Positions 10,074-19,336 of a stretch of DNA of 64,000 nucleotides are shown here, in pieces (positions within the stretch are counted from its first letter, which is position 1; each line of letters starts with the position of its first letter). Source of the stretch: Bacteroidales bacterium (lineage in GTDB: Bacteria; Bacteroidota; Bacteroidia; Bacteroidales; FEN-979); assembly GCA_014860625.1 (NCBI GenBank), contig JACZJJ010000088.1, positions 12,468-76,467 of the forward strand, given 5' to 3'. The position numbers and the translations under genes were made by a program. Under the pieces are notes generated by a model, which saw nothing but the letters and a program-made list of their open reading frames with translations, was not told the origin of the DNA and did not search any database.

Positions 10074-10140
10074 CCGGCAAAATTAGGGTATTCTCCCCAT
10101 TTATTCTTAATTTTACCTCTCTATTTAGCCTTTACGAACG

Positions 10141-12558
10141 ATGCGAATTGCTCTTGTTACGCTTTTTCTCCTGATCTCGTCCTGCTTGCTTCCCGGTCCG
10201 GCCGACAATTATAGATTTGAGCAGCTTACTGATGGTGTCATTCTCTTTTACGATGGGTTTACCCTGAAGATTCAGATTTGCTCTCCACGGATTATTCATC
10301 TCGTTTGCGCACCCGACGACAGGCTTCCGGAGAGCAAAAGCCTCGTTGTAACGAAGGCATGGGAACCCTCCGACTGGAGTTTTGATAAAAAGGGGCAAAC
10401 CATCCGCTTAAAAACATCTGAGATATCTGTTGAGATCAATACGGCTACCATTCTTTGCAAGTTTTTCAATTCGAAGGGGGATCTTATCCTGGAAGAGAAG
10501 GAACGGTCGTTCAGTCCAACTATTGCAGGAGGATCTGCTGCGTGGAATGCGTTTGAAATGTTTAAGCTTTCATCCGAAGAGGCCATCTATGGACTTGGAC
10601 AACACCAGAATGGATGGATGAATCACAGAGGCAGGGAGGTGACACTGGTACAGACAAATACAACGGCAGTGGTCCCGTTCCTGGTCTCCACAAAAGGGTG
10701 GGGAATTCTGTGGGACAATTATTCAAAGACCTATTTTCGTGACGATCGGAATGGGGCTACTTTTTGGTCGGAATATGGAAATGCAGTGGATTTTTACGTG
10801 GTATTCGGAAGGGATATGGATGAGGTGATTGCCGGTTACCAGGAAGCTACCGGAAGCGCTCCACTGTTTGGGAAATGGGCGTATGGATTCTGGCAAAGCA
10901 AAGAACGCTATGAAAGTGCCAAAGAGATCTCCGACGCTGTGGCCGAGTACCGGATGCGTCGCCTGCCACTGGATGTCATTGTGCAGGATTGGCGATACTG
11001 GGGAGAGAACAACATGTGGAGCTCCATGGAATTCGATCCCAGAGTCTATCCTGAACCCGCAAAAAGCATTGAAAAGATTCATGACCTGTTTCACGCTCAC
11101 TTTGTCATCTCTATCTCGCCAGCCCTGGGACGTGATACAAAGGTTTTTAAAGAATTGTTTGAACAGAAACACACGTTCGCGCCGATCCACTGGAGTGGGG
11201 GACATCTTTTCGATCCGTATAGCCAGGAAGCCAGGGATACCTACTGGAAGTATCTGGATGCCGGATTGATGACAAAAGGAGTGGACGGATTGTGGCTTGA
11301 CGGTACGGAGCCTGAGCTGGCTGATCAGCATACTTTTGAGGAGTCGGAGGCCAACATCCGAAAGCTGGGGACGACAGCCATAGGACCTGTTTCGCGCTTC
11401 CTGAATCCCTACTCCTTACTGGCAACCCAGGGGATATTTGAAAATTGGCGTATTGCATATCCCGATAAACGCGTATTGATCCTTACCCGGTCGGCTTTTG
11501 CCGGTCAGCAAAGGAATGCAGCCATCACATGGTCGGGCGACATCAACGCGAGCTATGATGTGCTGAGGCGCCAGATCTCCGCCGGACTCAATTTCTCCGT
11601 CTCAGGAATCCCTTATTGGACCTCGGATATCGGAGGTTTCTTCATTTCCGGACACGATAAGGGCTACGGGCCCGGACGCTATCCGAATGGTTGCCACGAC
11701 CCGGCATACAAGGAGCTGTATGTCAGATGGTTCCAGTTTGGAGCCTTTTGCCCGATTTTCCGCTCTCATGGCACCCAAACCCCAAGGGAAATCTGGCACT
11801 TCGGAGATATCGGGGATTGGGGTTACGACGCCATGACCAGGTTTCTGAACCTCCGGTACCGGTTAATGCCTTACATTTATTCAGAGGCCTGGAAGGTGAC
11901 ATCTCAAGGGAGCACGATGATGCGCCCCCTGGCCATGGACTTTCCCAATGATAAAAAGGTCTATAACATTGACAATGAGTACCTTTTCGGGCGGTCCATA
12001 CTGGCCTGTCCGGTTACCGAAGAGCAGTATTTTCCGTTGGATACCATCCTGAACAAACCCCGTTCACTCGATGTGCCGGCATCGGTGGAGCTCTATCTTC
12101 CAAAAGGGAGAGACTGGTTCGATTTCTGGACAGGCGAAATATTAAAGGGAGGAGAGACCATCACGAGAGAAACACCCATTGATATCCTCCCGCTCTATAT
12201 CTCTGCCGGATCTGTCATACCCATGGGACCATACCTTCAATATGCGGAAGAAAAGCCGGCTGATCCCATTGAATTACGAATTTATCCGGGTGCCAACGGC
12301 TCCTTCACTCTTTATGAAGATGAAGGGGATGGATACAATTATGAAAGAGGAAAATTCGCCGCGATTGATTTCACCTGGAACCATGAAACCGGAACCCTGA
12401 AAATCGGAAAGAGAAAGGGAGGTTTCCCGGATATGCTGACAACGAGGACCTTCAACATCGTGATTGTCTCATCGAACCACGGTATCGGCGTAGAGCTCAC
12501 AGCCTATCCCAATAGAGCAGTTCAATATTCAGGAGCCGAAATTACCGTGAAGCTTTAA
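10141..12558 (+). CDS. glycoside hydrolase family 31 (alpha-xylosidase/alpha-glucosidase-like)
   Basis: 805 aa with a signal/lipobox (LLISSC) and the VDGLWLDGTEPE, ITWSGDI and YWTSDIGGF motifs typical of GH31. Confidence 0.85.
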   Translation: MRIALVTLFLLISSCLLPGPADNYRFEQLTDGVILFYDGFTLKIQICSPRIIHLVCAPDDRLPESKSLVVTKAWEPSDWSFDKKGQTIRLKTSEISVEINTATILCKFFNSKGDLILEEKERSFSPTIAGGSAAWNAFEMFKLSSEEAIYGLGQHQNGWMNHRGREVTLVQTNTTAVVPFLVSTKGWGILWDNYSKTYFRDDRNGATFWSEYGNAVDFYVVFGRDMDEVIAGYQEATGSAPLFGKWAYGFWQSKERYESAKEISDAVAEYRMRRLPLDVIVQDWRYWGENNMWSSMEFDPRVYPEPAKSIEKIHDLFHAHFVISISPALGRDTKVFKELFEQKHTFAPIHWSGGHLFDPYSQEARDTYWKYLDAGLMTKGVDGLWLDGTEPELADQHTFEESEANIRKLGTTAIGPVSRFLNPYSLLATQGIFENWRIAYPDKRVLILTRSAFAGQQRNAAITWSGDINASYDVLRRQISAGLNFSVSGIPYWTSDIGGFFISGHDKGYGPGRYPNGCHDPAYKELYVRWFQFGAFCPIFRSHGTQTPREIWHFGDIGDWGYDAMTRFLNLRYRLMPYIYSEAWKVTSQGSTMMRPLAMDFPNDKKVYNIDNEYLFGRSILACPVTEEQYFPLDTILNKPRSLDVPASVELYLPKGRDWFDFWTGEILKGGETITRETPIDILPLYISAGSVIPMGPYLQYAEEKPADPIELRIYPGANGSFTLYEDEGDGYNYERGKFAAIDFTWNHETGTLKIGKRKGGFPDMLTTRTFNIVIVSSNHGIGVELTAYPNRAVQYSGAEITVKL

Positions 12559-12593
12559 TCAAAAGCCCCCGCAAACCGCCGGTCTTCTTTAAA

Positions 12594-12635
12594 ATCGTTA
12601 ATCGTTAATCGTTAATCTGCAAATCGTAAATTGAT
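12594..12635. repeat. period-7 degenerate tandem array (atcgtta x3 perfect, then atctgca/aatcgta/aattgat)
   Basis: Read directly from the sequence. It fills the convergent gap after GH31 and spans the stop codon (12612-12614) and the last 7 codons of the metallophosphoesterase gene. Confidence 0.8.
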
Positions 12636-13772
12636 CTTCACGATCTCTGGCCTGTTTCCGAGCCTTAAGGGTGGCCCCCAGGTGCCATAACCGGAAGAGA
12701 CATAAAAGTGTGTGTTCCCGATCTGTCTGTATCCCCAGCTGATCTCGTAGATGGCATCCGTAATGTAATTGAATGGCCAGATCTGCCCGTGGTGGGTATG
12801 TCCCGAGAGTTGCAGGTCGATGCCCATCTGGGCATGTTTTGCAAGGTTAAACGGCTGGTGGTCCATCAGGATGACAGGAAATGCCGTATCTACAGATACC
12901 ATGATCTCGGCTAACTCCTTTCGTGGCTTCCCGGTAAACCGTGGTTTATCACGATCATCCCGGCCAACAAGGTAAAATTGTTCGTTGAGGAATACGGATG
13001 TATCACGAAGCATTCTGACGCCGTGATTTTCAAGGTATTCTACCGCTGAATTGACACCCCCGATGTATTCGTGATTTCCGGTGATGGCATATACCCCCAG
13101 TCGTGATTTGATCCGGCTCAATGCCTCGCCCAGGTTGTTGTTGATCACGGGCGCAAGGTCCTCATCCACAATGTCGCCTGCAAACAAAACCAGGTCGGGA
13201 TTCATGGCGTTGATCTTCTCTACCATCCGGTTCGCTTTCCGGCTGGCAATGATGGTTCCGAGGTGTATGTCGGATGCCATGGCAATGGTGAGTTCTCCCG
13301 GGATGGCGTTGGGTTTGGAGATCGTAAGGTTCAGCTCTTTGATCCGCGGATTCCGGGCATTGATAAAGCTTACAGCAACCAGTATCACGGATAACCCCAG
13401 TACGGTGAAGAGAGTGATCAGTTTTGTGGGAGCCGGATCAGCATAAAAGGAGGAAGGGAAAAAATGGAGGAAAGAGTTGAAAAGACGCGCCAGATCAATC
13501 AGTACAACAGCAAGGAAGAAGAAAAGCATAAAACCCAGCCAGAACGAACCGATCCACGTGATGATCCCGGTAAACAGGCAGGGGTAGGTCCGTTCAAGGA
13601 TGCGGGCAAGGATAAATGTGGATGCCACACCCCAGAAAATCAGGGAAAACCACAGCCGCCATCCCGAACCAGTAGGAATTGCCTGTAAACCACGGATATA
13701 GATATAAAAATTGACAGCCCCGTAAACAACCAGGACAATGCTGAAGAAAATAAGGAACTGGGTAGTTTTCAT
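12612..13772 (-). CDS. membrane-anchored metallophosphoesterase (calcineurin-like)
   Basis: 386 aa with about 4 N-terminal TM helices, then the MASDIHLG, GDIVD, GNHE and SGHTHHG motifs. Confidence 0.85.
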   Translation of the reverse strand: MKTTQFLIFFSIVLVVYGAVNFYIYIRGLQAIPTGSGWRLWFSLIFWGVASTFILARILERTYPCLFTGIITWIGSFWLGFMLFFFLAVVLIDLARLFNSFLHFFPSSFYADPAPTKLITLFTVLGLSVILVAVSFINARNPRIKELNLTISKPNAIPGELTIAMASDIHLGTIIASRKANRMVEKINAMNPDLVLFAGDIVDEDLAPVINNNLGEALSRIKSRLGVYAITGNHEYIGGVNSAVEYLENHGVRMLRDTSVFLNEQFYLVGRDDRDKPRFTGKPRKELAEIMVSVDTAFPVILMDHQPFNLAKHAQMGIDLQLSGHTHHGQIWPFNYITDAIYEISWGYRQIGNTHFYVSSGYGTWGPPLRLGNRPEIVKINLRFAD

Positions 13773-14053
13773 CCCGCAAAGTTAACATATTCCCGTCTCC
13801 AGGTCATCCGTGCTTAGGTTCTGTTGTTTCGCTCCTGTCTACGACCAGTATCGACTTCCGGATTTCGAAAAAGGTGGTTATTGGAGTTGAATGTGCCTTT
13901 CTCTATGCTGTCCTTTCCAAATACAGCAAAGTTGAAGAGACCTTCATTACGGTTGTTGAACTGGAAAAGCCCTATAAAAGTAACCAATGCTCAGTGGATC
14001 TCTCCCTGGGGTTCCGCTTCTGGAAATAGTGTTCCTTAATTTTATACTTTTTA

Positions 14054-14061
14054 TATCTTTG
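14054..14061 (+). promoter_or_regulatory. Bacteroidota -7 promoter box (TAtcTTTG) upstream of the SSS transporter
   Basis: Exact TAnnTTTG match, 29 nt upstream of ATG 14090. Confidence 0.45.
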
Positions 14062-14089
14062 CAATAGCACGCCAATCAATCAACAATTT

Positions 14090-15805
14090 ATGGATACATC
14101 GTTTACGCTGGGATGGGTCGATTACACGATCATGGTGGTCTATTTCGCGTTCGTTCTTGGGATAGGATATGCACTGAAGCGATATATGAAATCGAGTGCC
14201 GACTTCCTGACTGGAGGGAAATCGATTCCCGCCTGGATCACAGGTCTGGCATTCATCTCAACCAACCTCGGCGCTCTTGAAGTGATGGGTATGGCGGCAT
14301 CCGGGGCAAAATACGGGATGATCACCACCCACTTCTACTGGATCGGAGCAATCCCTGCCATGATCTTCCTGGGCCTCTTCATGATGCCGTTTTACTATGG
14401 AAGCAAAGCGAGATCGGTACCTGAATACCTGAAACTCCGGTTCGATGAGAAAACCCGTGGATTCAATGCGGTATCGTTTGCCATCATGACCATTTTTGCC
14501 AGCGGGATATCGATGTATGCCCTGGCCATGCTGATGGAGACACTGCTTGGCTGGAATTTTACCATAAGTATCTTCATTTCTGCACTCATTGTGTTGGTGT
14601 ACACCTACCTGGGAGGCCTGAAGTCGGCTATCTACAACGAAGTCCTGCAGTTTTTTCTGATCGTGATCGGTTTTTTACCCCTTGTTTTTCTCGGACTGAT
14701 CAGTATCGGGGGATGGGAAGGATTGACGTCTCAGCTGACGGAACTTGCTACCAGCCAGGGCTATTCGCCAGGTGCCTACACCGAAACCTGGAGCGCAGTA
14801 GGCCATGCTTCTGACAACCCGATGGGTGTTGAATGGTTCGGCCTGGTGATGGGACTCGGCTTCGTTCTTTCCTTTGGATACTGGTGCACGAATTTCCTGG
14901 TTGTTCAGCGGGCGATGGCAGCCGGATCGATGTCGGCAGCCCGCAAGACTCCATTGATCGGAGCACTGCCGAAAATGTTTATTCCATTTCTGGTGATTGT
15001 TCCCGGGATGATCGCCATCGCACTTACTTCCGACCCAAACAGCGGTTTTGCACTCCCGATAAAAGGGAATTCGTACGATTATGACAAAGTCATTCCCATG
15101 ATGCTGGGATACTACTTCCCAACAGGTGTGCTGGGCCTTGGCCTCACTGCCCTGATGGCCTCGTTCATGTCGGGGATGGCGGGAAATGTGACTGCCTTCA
15201 ACACCGTCTGGACATACGACATCTACCAGAGTTATATCAGTCCGGACAGATCGGACAAGCATTATCTCCGGGTAGGACAGATGGCTACGGTATTTGGGAT
15301 TCTGGTCAGCATCGGGGCGGCATATATGGCACGACTGTTCAATAACGTCATGGATTTCCTGCAACTGATCTTTGCATTCATCAATGCCCCGCTCTTTGCC
15401 ACATTCCTTCTGGGAATGTTCTGGCGACGAACCACGGGAAATGGTGCCTTCTTCGGACTTTTGTCAGGTACCGCAGCTGCAGCGATCCATCATGGACTGA
15501 CACAACCTGCAGGAGCAACATCACTCATCAAGGGAGGATGGCTTGGGACTGTTGTTCAAACCTATCCCAGCGAAATGGCCCAGAATTTCTGGACCGGCAT
15601 TTTCGCCTTTTTTACCTGTTTTCTGCTTACGGTTATCATTTCATTGCTCACAAAACAAACCAAAACAAAAGAGGATCTCACGGGATTGGTCTATTCACTT
15701 ACCCCCCGGATAAAGGATGAGAGCAAACACTGGTACCAGCGCCCCCAGTTTCTGGCAATCATCGTTGGGATCATTGCAATTGTCTTATCGATCATTTTCT
15801 GGTAA
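14090..15805 (+). CDS. sodium:solute symporter family transporter (SGLT-like sugar symporter)
   Basis: 571 aa with about 13-14 TM helices and SSS-type sequence (GGKSIPAWITGLAFISTNLGALE...). It sits in a sugar-utilisation context. Confidence 0.9.
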   Translation: MDTSFTLGWVDYTIMVVYFAFVLGIGYALKRYMKSSADFLTGGKSIPAWITGLAFISTNLGALEVMGMAASGAKYGMITTHFYWIGAIPAMIFLGLFMMPFYYGSKARSVPEYLKLRFDEKTRGFNAVSFAIMTIFASGISMYALAMLMETLLGWNFTISIFISALIVLVYTYLGGLKSAIYNEVLQFFLIVIGFLPLVFLGLISIGGWEGLTSQLTELATSQGYSPGAYTETWSAVGHASDNPMGVEWFGLVMGLGFVLSFGYWCTNFLVVQRAMAAGSMSAARKTPLIGALPKMFIPFLVIVPGMIAIALTSDPNSGFALPIKGNSYDYDKVIPMMLGYYFPTGVLGLGLTALMASFMSGMAGNVTAFNTVWTYDIYQSYISPDRSDKHYLRVGQMATVFGILVSIGAAYMARLFNNVMDFLQLIFAFINAPLFATFLLGMFWRRTTGNGAFFGLLSGTAAAAIHHGLTQPAGATSLIKGGWLGTVVQTYPSEMAQNFWTGIFAFFTCFLLTVIISLLTKQTKTKEDLTGLVYSLTPRIKDESKHWYQRPQFLAIIVGIIAIVLSIIFW

Positions 15806-15817
15806 GGAGGAATTTAT

Positions 15818-16045
15818 ATGGAAATTGACATCAGGTTACCCATCGGTTTCATGTTCACACTTCTCGGATTGCTACTGTTCATCTTTGGATTGACAACAGA
15901 AGCCGATCCTGAACTATATAAACGCTCACTCGAGATCAACGTGAACCTCTGGTCGGGATTAATCATGATTGTCTTTGGCGGACTGATGCTCCTGTTCGGC
16001 TTGCTCGCGAAACGATCAAAATCAAAAAAACATGAAATCAATTAA
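15818..16045 (+). CDS. small two-TM membrane protein (hypothetical)
   Basis: 75 aa with two clear hydrophobic helices and a basic tail. It starts 12 nt after the SSS gene and overlaps ogt by 14 nt. No family recognised. Confidence 0.45.
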   Translation: MEIDIRLPIGFMFTLLGLLLFIFGLTTEADPELYKRSLEINVNLWSGLIMIVFGGLMLLFGLLAKRSKSKKHEIN

Positions 16046-16514
16046 AAGGGCGTATTTCAAATGCCCGATTGGGTACGTTGAGGTCACCGGTACCGAACAC
16101 GGAGTTCAAACTGTGACGATCAGTGACCAAAAAATGAAAAAGTGGTTTGTTCCTTTATGCCTACGCGAAGCCGTTTCTCAGCTCAAAGAGTATTTTAAGG
16201 GAGACCGGCAATTGTTCACCGCCAGGGTGGATGTCATGGGAACAGATTTTCAGATGAGGGTATGGGATGAGGTTGGCAAAATACCCTATGGAAAGACCAT
16301 AACCTACCACCAACTCGCCGAACGCATCGGCGACCCGAAAGCCTTCAGGGCAGTTGGACAGGCCGATTCGAAAAATCCAGTCTGGATTATCATTCCCTGT
16401 CATCGCGTGATAGGAAACGATGGGAAACTGGTTGGTTATGCCGGTGGCCTCTGGCGTAAAAAATGGCTGCTGGAACATGAACAGGCGTTCGCTCAAAAGG
16501 ACCTGTTTTACTAA
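16032..16514 (+). CDS. ogt: methylated-DNA--protein-cysteine methyltransferase
   Basis: 160 aa with the PCHRVIG active-site motif and a YGKTITYHQLA helix-turn-wing region. Confidence 0.9.
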   Translation: MKSIKRAYFKCPIGYVEVTGTEHGVQTVTISDQKMKKWFVPLCLREAVSQLKEYFKGDRQLFTARVDVMGTDFQMRVWDEVGKIPYGKTITYHQLAERIGDPKAFRAVGQADSKNPVWIIIPCHRVIGNDGKLVGYAGGLWRKKWLLEHEQAFAQKDLFY

Positions 16515-16547
16515 TTAAGAAAGACGAATTACGAATGAAGAATTTTT
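16513..16547. repeat. period-7 degenerate array (aattaag/aaagacg/aattacg/aatgaag/aattttt)
   Basis: Read directly from the sequence. It spans the ogt stop (16512-16514) and the ATG (16535) of the next gene. Confidence 0.6.
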
Positions 16548-19336
16548 GGAAAGTTCTGCCCTTCGGAGCACTTCTTATGCTGGTTTTTCCTGTCTTTTCC
16601 CAGGTTGAGAAACTGGTGTTTTGCGAACCGGATGTCTTTGCTCTGAAAGGAGTTGAACTGAAAAACGCCGGACTGGTAACCCTTCGGTATGAAATCCCGC
16701 TGTACACGCTGATGATGGATGACAACTATTTCGCGTCCTTCTGCTCTCCTCCCGACTATGAGGATGGACGGGTCTCCTTTGTACTCAGTGACTCTATCCG
16801 GGGAACTGTGACCTTTGATAGCAGCTTCAGGCCTGGAGTAAGGTACCGAATCCGGTTTACCAACACCAGTCAAACGGATCATCTCATCGAGAACCTGGTG
16901 CCGCTGGGGGAGGGGAGCGACAAAGTATACATCTCCGCCGAGGGGAAAAAAGAGTGGCCTGATTACCTCTGCCGATCAAAACTATACCGTCCCGGTTATG
17001 GACCCGTTGGTGTGATTCTTCCCGATAACGCCTGGCACCTGGGCTTTGCCGATATGCAGATCAACGATACTCTCTCCATTGTTGCCCTTGCCCGCCGCAC
17101 CGATCGCGACCGCGAACGAACCAAACTAGACCGCTGGGCGGTTACGTTGCAACCTGAAGGCTGGGTGGAGTACACCATATGGGCTGATATTCACACGGGC
17201 GACTGGCACGAAGGATTGAAGCTGATGTTCCAGGAGAGGTGGCTCTATGACCTGGATACATTTGATCTCGCAATGTTCAACCGTGAAGATCTTAAATGGA
17301 TGAACGATGCCTATATAATGCTCCTTCAGTTTGCCTGGGATACGAAGTTTTACGACTGGAAATCAAAGAAATACAATTTCTATTCCAGCCTGTCCGAAGT
17401 TGATTCACTCACTGGCGGATACGATATTTTTACCCTCTGGCCATCCTGGCCCCGGCTTGGTTTGGATCAGCGGAATCAGTGGGATATGTACAGGGATCTT
17501 CCTGGCGGCATCCGGGAGTTGAGAAAACAATCCGATTTTGCACATGCCATGGGAAAGAAGTACTTCATTTCCTATAACCCATGGGATGAATCAGGAAGGA
17601 AAGAGGAGCATCTGGATGGAATGGAAGAGCTCCTGAGGCAGACGGATGCCGACGGTGTGGTACTTGACACACGAGGAGCTTCGAGTTATGAGTTACAGGC
17701 TGCTGCTGACAATGTAAAACCAGGAATCATCATGTACAGCGAAGGGATGGCGGTTCCCCGCGACATGCCCGGGATTGTTTCAGGGCGCGTTCATGATGCG
17801 CTCGTTATTCCGCCTCCCGTGAACCTGAATAAATTCATAAAGCCCGACTTTGCCATCTTCAGGGTACTTCAGCTGGCCGATGACCGGCTTCATCGCGAAA
17901 TTGCCTGTGCCTTCTTTAATGGCTACGGGGTTGAGATCAACACCATGAGGCCGGGGCGACCTTCATGGATGAAAGAAGAGTATGGTTATTTAGGCCGCAC
18001 CACAAAGATTCTTCGTGAAAACAGCAGGGTATTTCACAATTACAACTACTTTGTTTTGGTGCCAACTTTAACGGATAGCATTTATGTCAATCGTTGGAAT
18101 GATGGCAATAAAACCCTCTATACAATCCTCAGTATGAAGCCTGCAGGTTTTTCAGGCGAACTGTTTGAAGTGCCTCAGATTTCGGATAATCAGCATTGTA
18201 TTGATCTCTGGAACCACCAGGAGATTGAAATAACCGGGAAAGAAGGAAAGGTTTTCATTCCCCTCGAACTTGAACCATTCAACCGGTCGTGGGTCCATAC
18301 CCGGCGGGAGGGAGTGGTTGGTTGCATAGCCCTTCTTCCGGCTCATCTTCAGGTAAGACTAACCGCTGATTCACTTTATATCTCTACTCCCCGGAATGCC
18401 GGAGACCGGATTGTGCTGACTGGCGAAAACCCTTCGTACAAGGCAAAAAGTGTAACCCTGGCATCGGAGAGTCAGGCTATTTCTTACTGGGACTATTTCC
18501 CGGAAACAACGAAGAAGATCGTGATTCAGTTATTTGATAAAGACCAACTCGCTGATGAAAGAGTTGTTTCGGTCGACAACAGCATTCCACATCTCATCTC
18601 TGCTGGTGTAAAGACACCGCATGTCAGGAAGTGTCCTGATGGCATGGTGAAAATTCCGAAGGGAACTTTCCGCTTTTATACAGCTCGTGCTCCCGAAACC
18701 CTTGAGCCGTTTATCCAACTGCCGGATTACTCTGATACCGTACAGCTGGATATGAACGGTTTTTTTATGGACCGCTATCCGGTTACGAACAAACAGTGGC
18801 TGATCTTTCTGCTTGCAACCAACTACCAGCCAATTGATTCAACAAATTATCTGGAACATTGGGTTAACGGCCAGATTCCGGAGGGCGAGGAGGATTTTCC
18901 GGTTGTCTTTATCAACCACGATGACGCAGCTGCGTATGCCAGGTGGGTGAGCAAGCGTCTCCCGACAGAGGCTGAGTGGCAGTATGCCGCCCAGGGAACA
19001 GATAGCCGGAAATATCCGTGGGGAAATGAGTTGGATAGCACCCGCTGTAATTTCAATCTGAACCATCCCACACCTGTGACTCAGTTCCCCCTGGGTGCCA
19101 GTCCGTTCGGTGTAGAGGACATGGTTGGAAATGTATGGCAGATGACGAACGATATCTACACCAATGGCAGCTATTACTTTAACGTCATCCGCGGAGGGAG
19201 TTATTATCAACCCGATTCAAGTATCTGGTACGTGACAGGAGGCCCGCTTCCTGCCGATCATCCTGAGATGCTTCTGATGATTGGCCCGGGTCTGGACAGA
19301 AATGCTACCGTGGGATTTCGGCTGGTAAAGGATTAG
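16535..19336 (+). CDS. secreted 933-aa protein: unknown ~690-aa N-terminal region fused to an FGE/SUMF1-fold (sulfatase-modifying-factor-like) domain
   Basis: Has a signal peptide. The C-terminal 240 aa carry MDRYPVTNKQW, DDAAAYARWVSKRLPTEAEWQYAA, GNVWQMTND and RGGSYY, the FGE-sulfatase fold signature. No Cys follows RGGSYY. Confidence 0.8.
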   Translation: MKNFWKVLPFGALLMLVFPVFSQVEKLVFCEPDVFALKGVELKNAGLVTLRYEIPLYTLMMDDNYFASFCSPPDYEDGRVSFVLSDSIRGTVTFDSSFRPGVRYRIRFTNTSQTDHLIENLVPLGEGSDKVYISAEGKKEWPDYLCRSKLYRPGYGPVGVILPDNAWHLGFADMQINDTLSIVALARRTDRDRERTKLDRWAVTLQPEGWVEYTIWADIHTGDWHEGLKLMFQERWLYDLDTFDLAMFNREDLKWMNDAYIMLLQFAWDTKFYDWKSKKYNFYSSLSEVDSLTGGYDIFTLWPSWPRLGLDQRNQWDMYRDLPGGIRELRKQSDFAHAMGKKYFISYNPWDESGRKEEHLDGMEELLRQTDADGVVLDTRGASSYELQAAADNVKPGIIMYSEGMAVPRDMPGIVSGRVHDALVIPPPVNLNKFIKPDFAIFRVLQLADDRLHREIACAFFNGYGVEINTMRPGRPSWMKEEYGYLGRTTKILRENSRVFHNYNYFVLVPTLTDSIYVNRWNDGNKTLYTILSMKPAGFSGELFEVPQISDNQHCIDLWNHQEIEITGKEGKVFIPLELEPFNRSWVHTRREGVVGCIALLPAHLQVRLTADSLYISTPRNAGDRIVLTGENPSYKAKSVTLASESQAISYWDYFPETTKKIVIQLFDKDQLADERVVSVDNSIPHLISAGVKTPHVRKCPDGMVKIPKGTFRFYTARAPETLEPFIQLPDYSDTVQLDMNGFFMDRYPVTNKQWLIFLLATNYQPIDSTNYLEHWVNGQIPEGEEDFPVVFINHDDAAAYARWVSKRLPTEAEWQYAAQGTDSRKYPWGNELDSTRCNFNLNHPTPVTQFPLGASPFGVEDMVGNVWQMTNDIYTNGSYYFNVIRGGSYYQPDSSIWYVTGGPLPADHPEMLLMIGPGLDRNATVGFRLVKD

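Noticed and set aside
10723-11331. 202-aa minus-strand ORF. Similar antisense ORFs occur at 14675-15364, 24542-25195, 32044-32598, 35230-35646, 38129-38662 and 58150-58692.
   Set aside because: Each is fully embedded antisense in a longer ORF with strong family motifs. Their compositions are typical of shadow ORFs.
13789-14089. 300-bp gap with a 71-aa plus-strand ORF (13824-14039) and a ~58-aa minus-strand ORF (..FQFNNRNEGLFNFAVFGKDSIEKGTFNSNNHLF..).
   Set aside because: Neither has a convincing start or family signal. The minus-strand fragment might be a gene remnant, but I cannot support that from sequence alone. The region is treated as promoter/5' region of the divergent genes.
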